Assembly: GCA_002269645.1 (NCBI GenBank)
Contig: NIVC01003031.1
Coordinates: 1-64,000, forward strand
Reading direction: 5' to 3'
DNA length: 64,000 nt
Source of the DNA: Macrostomum lignano
Taxonomy: Eukaryota
In this document: positions 51,762 through 63,953 of the stretch, piece after piece
How positions within the stretch are numbered: the stretch's first letter is position 1
Layout: each line of letters begins with the position of its first letter
The notes under the pieces: model-generated
Database searches by the model: none
Seen by the model: the letters and a program-made list of their open reading frames with translations, nothing else
What the model was told of the DNA's origin: nothing
Made by a program: the position numbers and the translations under genes

Positions 51762-52915
51762 GGCTGGGGTGACTGCACAGCGGGGGCTGGGGGGGTTGGT
51801 CTGGGGTGCCTGCACAGCGGGGGCTGGGGGTTGGTCTGGGGTGACTGCACAGCGGGGGCTGGGGGTTGGTCCGGGGTGCCTGCACAGCGGGGGCTGGGGG
51901 TTGGTCTGGGGTGACTGCACAGCGGGGGCTGGGGGTTGGTCTGGGGTGACTGCACAGCGGGGGCTGGGGGTTGGTCTGGGGTGACTGCACAGCGGGGGCT
52001 GGGGTTGGTGATTGGTCTGGGGTGCCTGCACAGCGGGGGCTGGGGGTTGGTGATTGGTCTGGGGTGACTGCACAGCGGGGGCTGGGGGTTGGTCTGGGGT
52101 GACTGCACAGCGGGGGCTGGGGGTTATTGATTGGTCTGGGGTGACTGCACAGCGGGGGCTGGGGGTTGGTCTGGGGTGACTGCACAGCGGGGGCTGGGGT
52201 TGGTCTGGGGTGACTGCACAGCGGGGGCTGGGGGTTGGTCCGGGGTGCCTGCACAGCGGGGGCTGGGGGTTGGTCCGGGGTGCCTGCACAGCGGGGGCTG
52301 GGGGTTGGTCTGGGGTGCCTGCACAGCGGGGGCTGGGGGTTGGTCTGGGGTGACTGCACAGCGGGGGCTGGGGGTTGGTCTGGGGTGACTGCACAGCGGG
52401 GGCTGGGGGTTGGTGATTGGTCTGGGGTGCCTGCACAGCGGGGGCTGGGGGTTGGTGATTGGTCTGGGGTGACTGCACAGCGGGGGCTGGGGGTTGGTCT
52501 GGGGTGACTGCACAGCGGGGGCTGGAGGTTGGTGATTGGTCTGGGATGACTGCACAGCGGGGGCTGGGGGTTGGTGATTGGTCTGGGGTGACTGCACAGC
52601 GGGGGCTGGGGGTTGGTCTGGGGTGACTGCACAGCGGGGGCTGGGGGTTGGTCTGGGGTGACTGCACAGCGGGGGCTGGGGGTTGGTCTGGGGTGACTGC
52701 ACAGCGGGGGCTGGGGGTTGGTGATTGGTCTGGGATGACTGCACAGCGGGGGCTGGGGGTTGGTCTGGGGTGCCTGCACAGCGGGGGCTGGGGGTTGGTG
52801 ATTGGTCTGGGGTGCCTGCACAGCGGGGGCTGGGGGTTGGTGATTGGTCTGCGGTGCCTGCACAGCGGGGGCTGGGGGTTGGTGATTGGTCTGGGGTGAC
52901 TGCACAGCGGGGGCT
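51762..52915. repeat. 35/44-bp G-rich minisatellite between KCNQ1 and MEK
   Basis: About 30 copies of GGGGTTGGTCTGGGGTG(A/C)CTGCACAGCGGGGGCTG, some with a GTGATTG-containing insertion. Confidence 0.96.
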
Positions 52916-53157
52916 AAAGAGCTTGGTCTGGGCTATTCAAGTATAATAAAAGCATACTAATTAGTTTAACTAATCCGTTTAAATTTTAAGATAAGACTTC
53001 ACAACATTATTTATATATGCTAGAGTGCAATCAGCCAATATAGCGAAATCCCGGGACGAGACAGAGGACGGATGTTGCAAAGCGGCTAATGAGGCATTAG
53101 AGCTGATGAGGACACAAATTAGTACCTGCCAATTGGGTAATATCAGTGCCAATATCC

Positions 53158-56057
53158 TCACTGCGGATTAGCCAAAGAGGAGCTGCTAGACGAGGCGCCC
53201 AGCACCGGATGCCCGTGGTCTAATATAGCGCCCAGGTATTTGCCCAGACTGACTTCCGGTTCCTCTTCGTACTTTTTAGGGAAATCGTGACGCATCAGGC
53301 TCTCTAAGCCGACGCGTTCTTTGGGATTCTTGCGCAGGCAGCAGTCGACGAAGTCGCAGAATTCTTCGCTGAAGGCAAAGCTGGGCAGCTTGGGCGGCTG
53401 CTGGTAGACAATGTAGGATAGCAGCTCGAATATGGCCATCTGCTTCGGCCCGTTCTGGGGAGCCTCCATGCCTGCGGACATTTGTAGGAATTGGGTTGAT
53501 GTCCGCTTCAGCCTACTTTTAGTAACAGCTATAATTATAAGGTGAAGACAGTTTACAAAGTTTAGGGTGATTCTGAGGAAGTTCAGGGCAATTCTGAAGC
53601 ATTTCAGGGCGATTCTGAGGGAGTTCAGGGCAATTCTGAAGCATTTCAGGGCGATTCTGAGGGAGTTCAGGGCGATTCTGAGGCATTTCAGGGCGATTCT
53701 GAGGCATTTCAGGGCGATTCCAAACAGATCATAAAATAGTTTTTTTAAGATTTCGAGCATTGGATATTTGATAATAGTTTACAAAAACTACAAATATTAC
53801 AGATATTACAGTTTACAGATTTACTGAAATCGTGAGCTCACATCTCAGCCGTTTGCCAGTCTTGGCCGCTTCCATGTGCTCGCGCAGGTTCTGCTGCCTG
53901 TCGCTGCTGAATATGTTGGTGTAATCCCGGCTGTCCGGCTGCGGGATCGGGTACCGGCCCGTGGCCAGCTCAATCAGGCTGAGTCCCATCGACCAGATGT
54001 CGGACAGGATTGAGTACTCTTCGCCATTGAGCCTCTCCGGGGCCATGTAGGACCGGGTGCCCACGAAGCTGTTGGCCATGCTGTCAATCAGCTGGCCGGA
54101 GACGCCGAAGTCGCACAGTTTGCACTCGCCCTCCAGGTTGACGAGAATGTTCGACGGCTTCACGTCGCTGCGGGTTGAGGGAGAGACTTGCGGGTCAGTA
54201 TGCGGAATCCCTGCTGACCCAGTGGGTCAGGGTTGCGGGTCAGTATGCGGAATCCCTGTTGACCCAGTGGGTCAGGGTTGCGGGTCGGTATTCGGAATCC
54301 CTGTTGACCCAGTGGGTCAGGGTTGCGGGTCAGTAGGCGGAATCCCTGCTGACCCAGTGGGTCAGGGTTGCAGGTCAGTATGCGGAATCCCTGCTGACCC
54401 AGTGGGTCAGGGTTGCGGGTCAGTATGCGGAATCCTTATTGACCCAACGGGTCAGTACATGGGTCAAAACTAAAATCCATATTGACCCAGTGGGTCAGCT
54501 AATGGGTCAGGATGAAAAACCATATTGACCCAGTGGGTCAGCACGTGGGTCAGGATGAGAAGCATATTGACCCAGCGGGTCAGCACGTAGGTCAGGATGA
54601 GAAATGCATATTAACCCAGTGGGTCAGCACGTGGGACAGGATGAGAAATGCATATTGACCCAGTGGGTCAGGATGAGAAATGCATCCAGTGATGCATTTC
54701 TCAGAGAAATGACCCAGTGGGTCAGCACGTGGGTCAGGATGAGAAATGCATATAGACCCAGTGGGTCAGCTAATGGGTTAGGATGAAATCCATATTGACC
54801 CTGCGGGTCAGCACGTGGGTCAGGATGAGAATTGCATATTGACCCAGTGGGTCAGGATGAGAAATGCATATTGACCCAGCGGGTCAGCACGTGGGTCGGG
54901 ATTATAATCCATTTTGACCCAGCAGGTCAGTACGTGGGTCAGGATGAGAAATAAATATTGACCCTGCGGGTCAGTACGTGGGTCAGGATGACAAAACTCC
55001 GAAACTCACCGATGCAGGCAGTTGATATTCTGCCGAAGGTAGATGAGGCCCCGAAGCACAGAGAAGGTGATCTTAGACACGATAGGCTCGGGCAGCCGGC
55101 CGGCCTGCTTCAACACCAAGTCGAGCGAGCCAGCGTTCATGTACTCCATGCAGATGCTGATTGTGGCCGACGAGTCGACAAAGAATGCGCCGAAATAGCC
55201 CACAATGTACGGGCTGTTGCACGAGTGCAGCACCTGGCAGACGGTTCAATTATTATATTAGCTGAGAGTGCATGAGGATTTTGGAGTTCGAGTTTGAGGC
55301 AACTCTGAGGGAAGTTCAGGGTGATTCTGAGTGAGTTCAGGGTGATTCTCAGTGAGTTCAGGGTGATTCTCAGTGAGTTCAGGGTGATTCTCAGTGAGTT
55401 CAGGGTGATTCTGAAGTAGTTCATGATGATTCTGAATGAGTTTAGGGTGATTCTCAGTGAGTTCAGGGTGATTCTGAGGGAGTTCAGTGTGATCTGCATG
55501 AGTTCAGGGTGATTCCGAGGGAGTACTTTAGGGTGATTTTAAGTGAGTTCAGGGTGATTTCAAACAAATCATAAAACATTTTTAATAGACTTCAACATAA
55601 TAAATGTCTCAATACGACTATGGAGATGAAAAATTGATCAGCCAGAACTAACCTCCAACTCGCGAATAATCTGAGTGCGCACAGACGGCTTAATCTCCAG
55701 GTGGATCAGCTTCCTAGCCATCACCTGTTTAGTCGGCTTGTGCAACACTCGCTGTACAACACCGGAAGAGCCGCAGCCAAGCTCAACAATATCGGCAAAG
55801 TCGTCATTCTTCAGTTCGCCAATAGTGTGCTTGCGGCGCACAAACTCTACAAGCTTCTGTCGCTGGCTCTCGTCCAGCTCTTCGCCCTGCTCGTCCATCT
55901 TCTTCATCACTCGTTGCACATCGACTACGCCTGTGGCGCTTTTCTGCTCGGAGTCACTGCCGCTGCCGCCGCCGCCGCCGCCGCCACCGCTTCCACCACC
56001 TGCGCTTGATGTTGGGATTGTCAAATTCATTAGGTTTTTACGACCGGCTCCTTCCAT
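53158..56057 (-). CDS. MAP2K1: Dual-specificity MAP kinase kinase MEK1/2 (about 422 aa)
   Basis: Four in-frame GT-AG exons: 55653-56057, 55010-55233, 53842-54167, 53158-53471. Motifs: docking-like [98 protein letters not shown]. Confidence 0.97.
53545..53735. repeat. 21-bp minisatellite, MEK intron 3
   Basis: About 8 copies of TTCAGGGC(G/A)ATTCTGA(G/A)G(CA/GA), followed by CAAACAGATCATAAAA. Confidence 0.9.
54186..54985. repeat. 44-45-bp palindrome-containing minisatellite, MEK intron 2
   Basis: Two sub-arrays, both built around TGACCCAGTGGGTCA. Confidence 0.92.
55305..55577. repeat. 21-bp minisatellite, MEK intron 1 (same family as intron 3)
   Basis: About 12 copies of GAGTTCAGGGTGATTCT(C/G)AGT, followed by CAAACAAATCATAAAA. 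Confidence 0.9.
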
Positions 56058-56160
56058 GCTTTGCTGGCAGTGGCTGCAATGTGTAGGCAAGTTACCCGTT
56101 ACCTCAAATGTTACTGATAGTGTTCGTGCTTTAATGTGCACCATAGAGGGTTGATATCTA

Positions 56161-56462
56161 GGGGGTTGTAGCCTAGTGGTTAGAGCGTCGGACTCACGAC
56201 TGAAAGGTTGGGGGTTCGATTCTCGACCTACTCGGAACAATTTGTGTCCTTGAGCAAGACACTTGACTCTGCATTGCTTCAGTTCACCCAAGTGGGTGCC
56301 AGCATTAGCTGGGGTAATAATTGAGGCTGTGTGGCGACCCCCCCAGTCCTTGGACTGAACAGCCGTAACGCAGCCTTCAGATGCACCGCGCAATAGCTGC
56401 GGCTGAGCTGTCGGTTGCACATCTGGCCAGTAGGGTAGGCGCAATCAATTATTATTATTATA
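56161..56462 (+). mobile_element. tRNA-derived SINE with a conserved-type central domain and (TTA)n tail
   Basis: A-box TAGCCTAGTGG at 56169-56179, B-box GGTTCGATTCT at 56213-56223, then TGTGTCCTTGAGCAAGACACTTGAC...TTGCTTCAGTTCACCCAAG (resembles Meta/V/CORE-SINE central domains), ending in ATTATTATTATTAT. No TSD seen. Confidence 0.8.
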
Positions 56463-57234
56463 TTTGCTCCAAGATCGTTTAACACTTGCAGGTGAGCTTG
56501 GCTCAGTCCTAGCATTGACTCGAGACAAACTGAGAATTACAGACTGCATCGATGAGGGGTACCGGCAGGACTCCTGGGAAGCTTCCTGGCAAGTAAGCCG
56601 TGTGTTTAGGTGCTCCGTCGTCACCGTACTTTGTTACTAGTTTCTTCTAGGGCAATGATTAGGTCTCTGTCTAGTAGGTACAGGTTCTTCCCAGTCACCT
56701 TGTGCTTTCACTACAAGTAGACTTGGCTAGACAACAATTACATCTCTGCCAAGGCTATTAGCTAGAAAAAAACACAAAATTGCGTTCTTTTAATCACGTT
56801 TAATTCCTTTATGCCAAAGGTTTGCCTTCGTGATGACGCAGATTCAAGGAAGCGCTGATTAAAATTGATTTTCGTTTTTCAATTTGAAAAACCGCAACCA
56901 GCATTCTGATGCCATTGAAATAGAATATTAATATTAAAAAACAAAGCCAGTTGATGATAAAACCATTGAAAATGCGGAGACACTCCAAGGGTCTGGAAGG
57001 GCCCTGGGAAGGGTTGATGCGGATGTAGTATTCGAAAGTACAAACCCTGGCAGCTCTGATAATCCAGTTAAAATAGCCGAGTATATTGTAAGAGCCCTCA
57101 GCGCCATACAATATTCAGAATGCCCCAAGAGGCATAGAGAGTAGCTAGGGATTAACTGTAGCTTAGGGATGCAAATGGGATGACCGAAATACCACGGCGA
57201 GATAATAGAGAATTATGGAACCAATTCAACAAAT

Positions 57235-57805
57235 TAGCAGCAGTCAAGCTAGCAAACTGCGCGATCTAATAACACTTTGGCACTTTGCTACACTATGCTA
57301 ATCCTTTATCTTTCCCTCATATCTGTATAAGTTGGATACGCTGTGAACAAAGCAAAGCATATCTGCTAATGGAAGCTTTTGCCAAAGTGAGAGACAGAGT
57401 GATACACAACTGCATCTGGATGAGACAAACAATGGAGTGAAATACCTTGGCAATGTTGTGCACTATCTACCAGGGGATTCGTTTAACATACACAATCCAT
57501 ACATTGCTTTGCCAAATATAACTTCTGCTATGGCCAAACACCTGGCTGAAGCAGTTTCAAAGGTTAACTAACTGGCTGTCATGAGAGAAAAATACAACTT
57601 GTGATGCGTGGTGCAAAGAGTGGAGTTGCTGTGTGTCTGAAGAATCATGGATTCACTAGCCTACTAGCCTTGTTGATTTTGGCAGATGCTCTCTGCACCA
57701 CATGCACAATTGGGCTTATAACATTCGCGCTGCCTTGAAGCTTGGTGTCGCAGTTGAGACTATTGTGCAAGAAGTGTACAGAATATAAAGAAGCTCATCT
57801 TTTTG
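57235..57805 (+). mobile_element. Fossil hAT-superfamily transposase fragment
   Basis: Interrupted frames give CEQSKAYLL, LHLDETNNGVKYLGNVVHY (compare LxLDESTD...VRY), VMRGAKSGVAVCLK (compare D-x-A-x-x-M-x-G-x-x-x-G-V) and ALCHHMHN...VETIVQEVY (compare CxxHxLN/H); multiple stops and frameshifts. Confidence 0.55.
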
Positions 57806-60800
57806 CAATCGGTGAAGACTCACTAGCTACCAATTTTGCCCATTGTTGAGCACATTTTCAATATGTTCCAGTTATTTGTGCAATAGTTTTCCAAGTTGGT
57901 TCGAACTTTGCAAGCATTAAAGCCACTCTGAGACTGGGAGACCCATGATAGAGTTTTTTCCTCTGGTTTCTGGCCATAGAAATTTGGCTTGAAAAAATCA
58001 AGCCAGAAAAAAAGGCATTAAGATATGAACACTGGGGATTTACCAATAGAAAAAAAAATTGTACAAGTTTTATTAAAGCCTTTATAAAGTTAACTTAAAA
58101 ATAGAGATTTTTATAACAGCTATTGCCAAGGCTGTTTATTGGGTACCTGTGCACTTTAGATCTTGTCTTGATTATGAGTAGATTACTTGTGCAATAAAAT
58201 GCATTCTAAGAAATTGATATATTTGAACATATGAAATATTGTTAAAGACAATACGTTCAACTTGATTTTTAAGTCAAATTTTTTTGTAGGTTTTGAAAAA
58301 AATGCTATTTTAGTTGCTATTTCTAGCATGAAGCCTTGAAGTTCCATAGTTATACTTGGCCTTATTGAAAATGCACTTTTGAATTATAGGACAAAAAACT
58401 CAAATTAATTTTCTTGGTATAGGTTAAAATGCAATAATTTGAATTTATCTACTATGACCATATATTCCATATAGTTTTTAGCTAAGGGAATGGAAATTCT
58501 CTTTAAATTTTAAACTTATATAAGTCTTTTTATTTTACTTAATAACTTTTTTTTCATAAAATCCATAAAAACTTTAGATAGTCTTTGACTTTTTGACATG
58601 GCTACGCCAAAAACAAGGTGATATAGTATAGCTTAGTCTAGAAGAAGCAAAGCAATAACCTGCTTAAATAATTATATTTAAAGACAGTAAAATATTTAAT
58701 TATAGCATAAAATATATATTTAGGTCTATATACATATAGAGGCCATTATTTGATTGCTAAAAAAACAAAAAATATTAGTCATTATAAATAAGAAAACAAA
58801 AAGCAAGACCAAAGCAATTCCAAGTTGCATATAGCTTTAATTTGTACAAAAAGTTAGACATAGGTATAATATTTTATATAAAAATGCTTTCCACACAAAT
58901 TTTACTAAAAAAATATCATAGGCTAGCATAGCCTGGTGTAGTAGGGCATAATTTTAGGAACAGGAATTATTGTGGGTTTAATATGCTTTTTGCCTACTGT
59001 CAGTAGTTTTAGCTAGGGGAAATAATTAGAGTGGGGGAAATTTGCTAGTTTTGGGGTTCTTTTAGAAGTACAGAGCAGTTGGGCTCTTGGAAAAGCATCT
59101 CCCATCCTCTGGAATTTAACTTAGAAATTTCACGGAAAGAAGTGATAAGAAGGGGAGGTAAAAAAAGGAATATAATTTAGGCTTGCACACAGGAATCTTG
59201 CCTCCAAAACTAATTAGGAGTCTTGCTCAGAGCACAGGGAAAATAAGGAGTTAATATAGTAGCAAACCAACTTTTGTACTGTAACAATTAATTTTCTTCT
59301 CTTATTAAACTTGTGTTAACTAACTTTATCAGTGTCATGACTCAGTTCTTTAAACCTAAAGCTAGAATTAGGGAACAGCAAGAACCTGGTGGCAGCGAAC
59401 TACCAAAATCTCAAACCAGTAAACTCCACTAATAGAATCCTTAGTAATAATACAAACCAGTAGCCTAAACTGCATGTACTATGCCCATCCCACTGGCTAG
59501 GCCTAGATATAAAGTTGAAAAAATGAATTGAATTATAAGCCAAGAGCCATTAGCTATAGTTTGGATAGCAACATGTATACTGGGATTTCTTGGCATACAA
59601 CAAGGATACTTGCTATTTTTTTAGCATACATTAGCATATATCCTAGTAGACATGACACAGTGGAAACATTGTGTCAATGACACATTTTTGTAGTTTTAGT
59701 ATGTAAATGAGGTCTCATTTTTCTGGCATTAAATCCAGTATATACTAATATACTATCTAAACTATGGGCTAAGAGTAAGACAAAAAGGCATTCTTTCATT
59801 TTACAATCTCTAAGCAAGTCAAGTTTCATTTTACAATCCCCATTAAAAAGATTCAAAAAGGCACTTTAGTATATTAAAAAATGTTTTATATTTATTTTAA
59901 ATGGTAAAATTATTTGTAGGTGATTGTAAGATAAAACCAAAAGAGCTTTATTGGTTTCAAATTACAATTATATTAATAGTAAAAGTTGTATTGAAAGGAT
60001 TATTGTAAAATTTTATTTTGAAATTTTAGACATTCTGCAGAAGCAAGAAAGGGAGATTTACTTTAATTATTGCATCTACTTCTATTCCCCCTCACTTTCA
60101 TTTAATGATCCCCCAAGTGAAATAGATATATCTTTTATATTAAGAGTAGATTGTAAGACAAAAGTGAGGGGGTGCATAAGCTTATCATAATGTCCTAGGG
60201 GTTACTTCTGTCTCTAATAATAATTTCACACTGTCACCAAAAGCTGTCACAGGGCTAATTTACTAATCTCTTAAGTGTTCTTCTTAGGTTGGTAGCTGCC
60301 ACCAAGATTATTCGATTAATAAATTATGAGTTTATCAATATTAGAATAATCTGAGAAATGTTTCTTAGAATAGGTCTGAGTATAAGTCTTTAAGTATCAG
60401 TCTAAGTATAAGTCTAAGAATAAGTCTAGGTATATGTCTAAGGATTAGTCTAAGTATCTACTTCTATTGGTAGCGTTCTTAGTATATGTATTGGTAGCAT
60501 TCTTAGTATATGTATTGGTAGCGTTCTTAGTATATGCCGAGTGGTCTACTATTGGCCTGGAATGTATTTCTCAGAATGATCTTCCTTGTAATTCTTTTGT
60601 AGTTATTTAAGTGTCTGATCGTCTAGTCCAGTCGTTTAGGCGTTCCCGAGATTAGAGGGTCACGGCCTTCTCAATACTGTATATGTATTCCCGAGATCTA
60701 CTTTGTTTTACTTCAATCTCCTTGGTATTCTGAGTATCAGTAGTATCTGTGATATGATTAACTTCCACTTCACTCTTTGAATTGAAAAATTTACTAAGTC

Positions 60801-63614
60801 TTGAAAAGATTTCTAAGTAACAGTTTAAGGCTCAACAAGTAGCGAGACTTGAGACTAATTTAGGAACAAGCAATCAGCCAGTTGGTGGCTCTCTGGCCAG
60901 ATCCCATCTATTTATACTATTTTAAGACTTGATCAGTATTAATTTTGATATATGCAGCATTAAAACAAATAGGGCTAAAATTAGTTTTCGGTTTAAAAAT
61001 ACATACAAATTTTACATGAATATTATTATTAAACATTGGAAGATTAAAACAAATAATATGTGAATACTATTCTTGAGTGATAAAACTCGAAATTATTATT
61101 GACAAATTTATTTACAAAAACTATTATTATTACTATTAGTAGCATTAAGCGCTTGCACAATAATGAATAATTTTGCTCTCAACCCTATAGATTGTTGATG
61201 GAGATATATTGTTTGACATAGACTAGGATTCTGTTTCCATAGAATGAACATAATTAAACTGCAAATTTGGGACCATACTAATCTATTCAATTTTGTGATA
61301 TAATCCCTCTAATAAAATTCTACTTTTAGTATGTTTTTAATTCAAAACCAACAAAGCTCTTTTAATTTCATCTTGTAATCACCTATGTATAATTTTATTA
61401 TTTAGATGATTGTATGACAAAAAGGAATATAGGCTAGGCCTATGCTTCTATAACTTTTAATGCTACATTTCAATGCTTTGCAGTACTTATTTGAAGTGAC
61501 TTTGAAAATTCAGTAAAATATTAATAATTGTAACACAATAAGTGAATATAAGCTATATTCCTACAAAATACAAGACTTGATGCTACAATATTGCACTTAG
61601 AAGAGGTCCAATTTTAAACTAATTTTAAGAAAAAATTTAACTTTTTTTTGCCATCTTTTAAGGGGGAATATATATTGAAAGTCCTAATTCTTGTAAGGAT
61701 AATGCTATATAAAACAAAAGAATGCTAACAAAAAAGTGTATTAAATATATTACATTTTTTATTCTAAACCAATTTTATTGATTTGGACTTGTTTAAATCA
61801 AGAAGAAAAGCTCTATGTATACCATACGGCATACTTTGGATCTTGTAGTATTGTAATATATGCCCAAAAATTTGGCCATGCATCAGCCTTGCACACCAAA
61901 AATAGGCATGCACAGTTGGTGTGCATCATTCCTAAGAAAATACACCTGGCATGCACTTTATAGAATCACATAAAAGAGTTATTGTAAAGTAGAAGAAAAG
62001 ATAGTAAAGGTTCATTCTTAAACATAAATTTTCCACTTTCCAGGTTTTTAAGCTTGTAAAAAGGCATTTAAACAAATCTTTGCATGTATCAATTTTCCAC
62101 TGTGAATAGTGAATATTGTCACTAAAAAAGTAGAAAAAATCAACCAAATTATCTGTCAAAAAGGGTCTATTACACAATGAAAAAAGGTCATTTATTGTTA
62201 TACGGCAGGCATTGCCACTAAGTAATTAATTTGCGAACTTTTCAATTTTGAATTTTTGCATGCTAGGGTTGAAATTTTGTATTTTCTATTATTTGGAGTG
62301 ATGTCACTCCTGATATTGAATTTGCAGGTTTCCCTCATTATGCATTTGCTTACCCGACACTGGACGAGAGCCGTAGTTTTTGTTTCTCTATGTGTTTAAT
62401 GCCACCCCGTGATATGCCCCTTTGTGTGAATTTGCTTCCATGTTTATGCCTAGTTGATGCTCCAATTTGTGAACTATTATTCCTTTGTTTGGTATATTTA
62501 AACGCGATGCAACATGATTTTCTGCATGCGCTGGCTTACCCTTCCTCTTTCCTATCTCATCCTCATAGTGTAGAGTCGATTAAGTAATTTTTCAATTTAT
62601 CCAGCCTGCTAAATAATAATGCAACTTAATAAACTTGAATTTCCTAATATTTATTTGTTGAACCAAAGCCATAGTATTTCTTGAGTCATTTGCCCGTGGG
62701 GCATAAAAAAACCAAAGTTCTCAGCTCATAGAAAGCTCCGAGACTGAATTGTTCCGTAATACGTAAATTACGGTAGTGGCAACAACTACCCTACTGAAAG
62801 TAACCAGCTTAGCAAATCTACACATTAAGTTACGGTGTCAGAATCTCCGATGCAAGGACCACTAGAAGTTACTCTTGTATCAGGACGCAACACTCGTAAA
62901 TATTGTAAAATTATTTGAAGGCCCGCTTGTTTACATGTATTTATCGGTACTTGCCTTCAAAAAAGTGTTTTACTCGACTGTTTTAAAGAAGCATGGACTA
63001 CATTGAGCCTCAGAAGCTCCATAAATAGGTGTATTTATACTTTATTTAGGCTTTAATCTGTTAAATCTAGATATTTTAAGTAATTATATCCCTATATGCA
63101 ACTCGTTTTAGAATTTCCTAAGCCAAGGTTTTATGCAGACAGTTGACATATACTGCTAGTGCTAGAACTACTAATTCGACAAAGCTTAAGAAAAGGATCG
63201 GATGGGCTTCTAACTAATTAACTATCAACAAAAAAGTAGTTTAACAAGTATATTATTTTATAACTTATAAGTTATAACCTTAGCCTTTAGCTATAATGAA
63301 AGTTATCATTATCATACTAAACTAAAGCTAGCCTAGTAGGCCTAACAACAGCTAGCTAGCTTTACTATGCCTAGCCTAGGCCTACTATGATTAATTCTAT
63401 TCTGGTATTGTTTTAAAATAGGCCTAGCTAGTTAACTTAGATCTAGTTTTCCTATAGTCCTATATTCCTATATTTTAAGGTAAAAATTGTCAAATCAATA
63501 ATTTCCCTACATAGGGCTATGATATATCATGCCACATTCAATTATTAGGAGACTAGGGCAAGTAATAATCTCATGTAAGACCTACTCATGCTTAATGTTA
63601 GTGTCAGACAAGTC

Positions 63615-63909
63615 AGTAGTAGGGAAATGTACGCTTCTAGCCCCAGACCCCCCTTTTTAAAAACAGCAATTTGGAAGGCTAGAGGGGGGACACGGGGGGA
63701 AACCAAAAAACACACTACAACACACTACAACACACTAAAACACCCCCAAAAACCCCAAAAACCCAAAATACTCCTAATAAACATAAAATATCAAAAACAC
63801 TATTAACACACCCAATCACATCCAATCACACCCCCGTGTACCCCCTCTAAGCCTTCCAAACACCCATTTTTAATAGGCCTGATCTAGAAGCGTACATTTC
63901 CCTACTACT
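63615..63909. mobile_element. About 295-bp foldback/MITE-like element with a G-free central loop
   Basis: Perfect 26-bp inverted repeat AGTAGTAGGGAAATGTACGCTTCTAG (63615-63640 and 63884-63909) plus a second inverted block TTTGGAAGGCT..AGAGGGGG..ACACGGGGG. It can be read as GGGAAATG...CATTTCCC flanked by TA on both sides. Confidence 0.8.
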
Positions 63910-63922
63910 ACACACAAACACT

Positions 63923-63953
63923 CTAGTAACCCGTTGCCCGCGCCGAAGGCGCG
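63923..63953 (-). mobile_element. Probable Helitron 3' terminus (element would extend beyond the window)
   Basis: Minus strand: GC-rich hairpin CGCGCC-TTC-GGCGCG, a 12-nt spacer, then CTAG. The base after CTAG is A rather than the canonical T. Confidence 0.5.

Noticed and set aside
56161-56235. tRNA gene
   Set aside because: A and B boxes are present but the acceptor and T stems pair poorly, and the sequence continues into a SINE-type body and (TTA)n tail.
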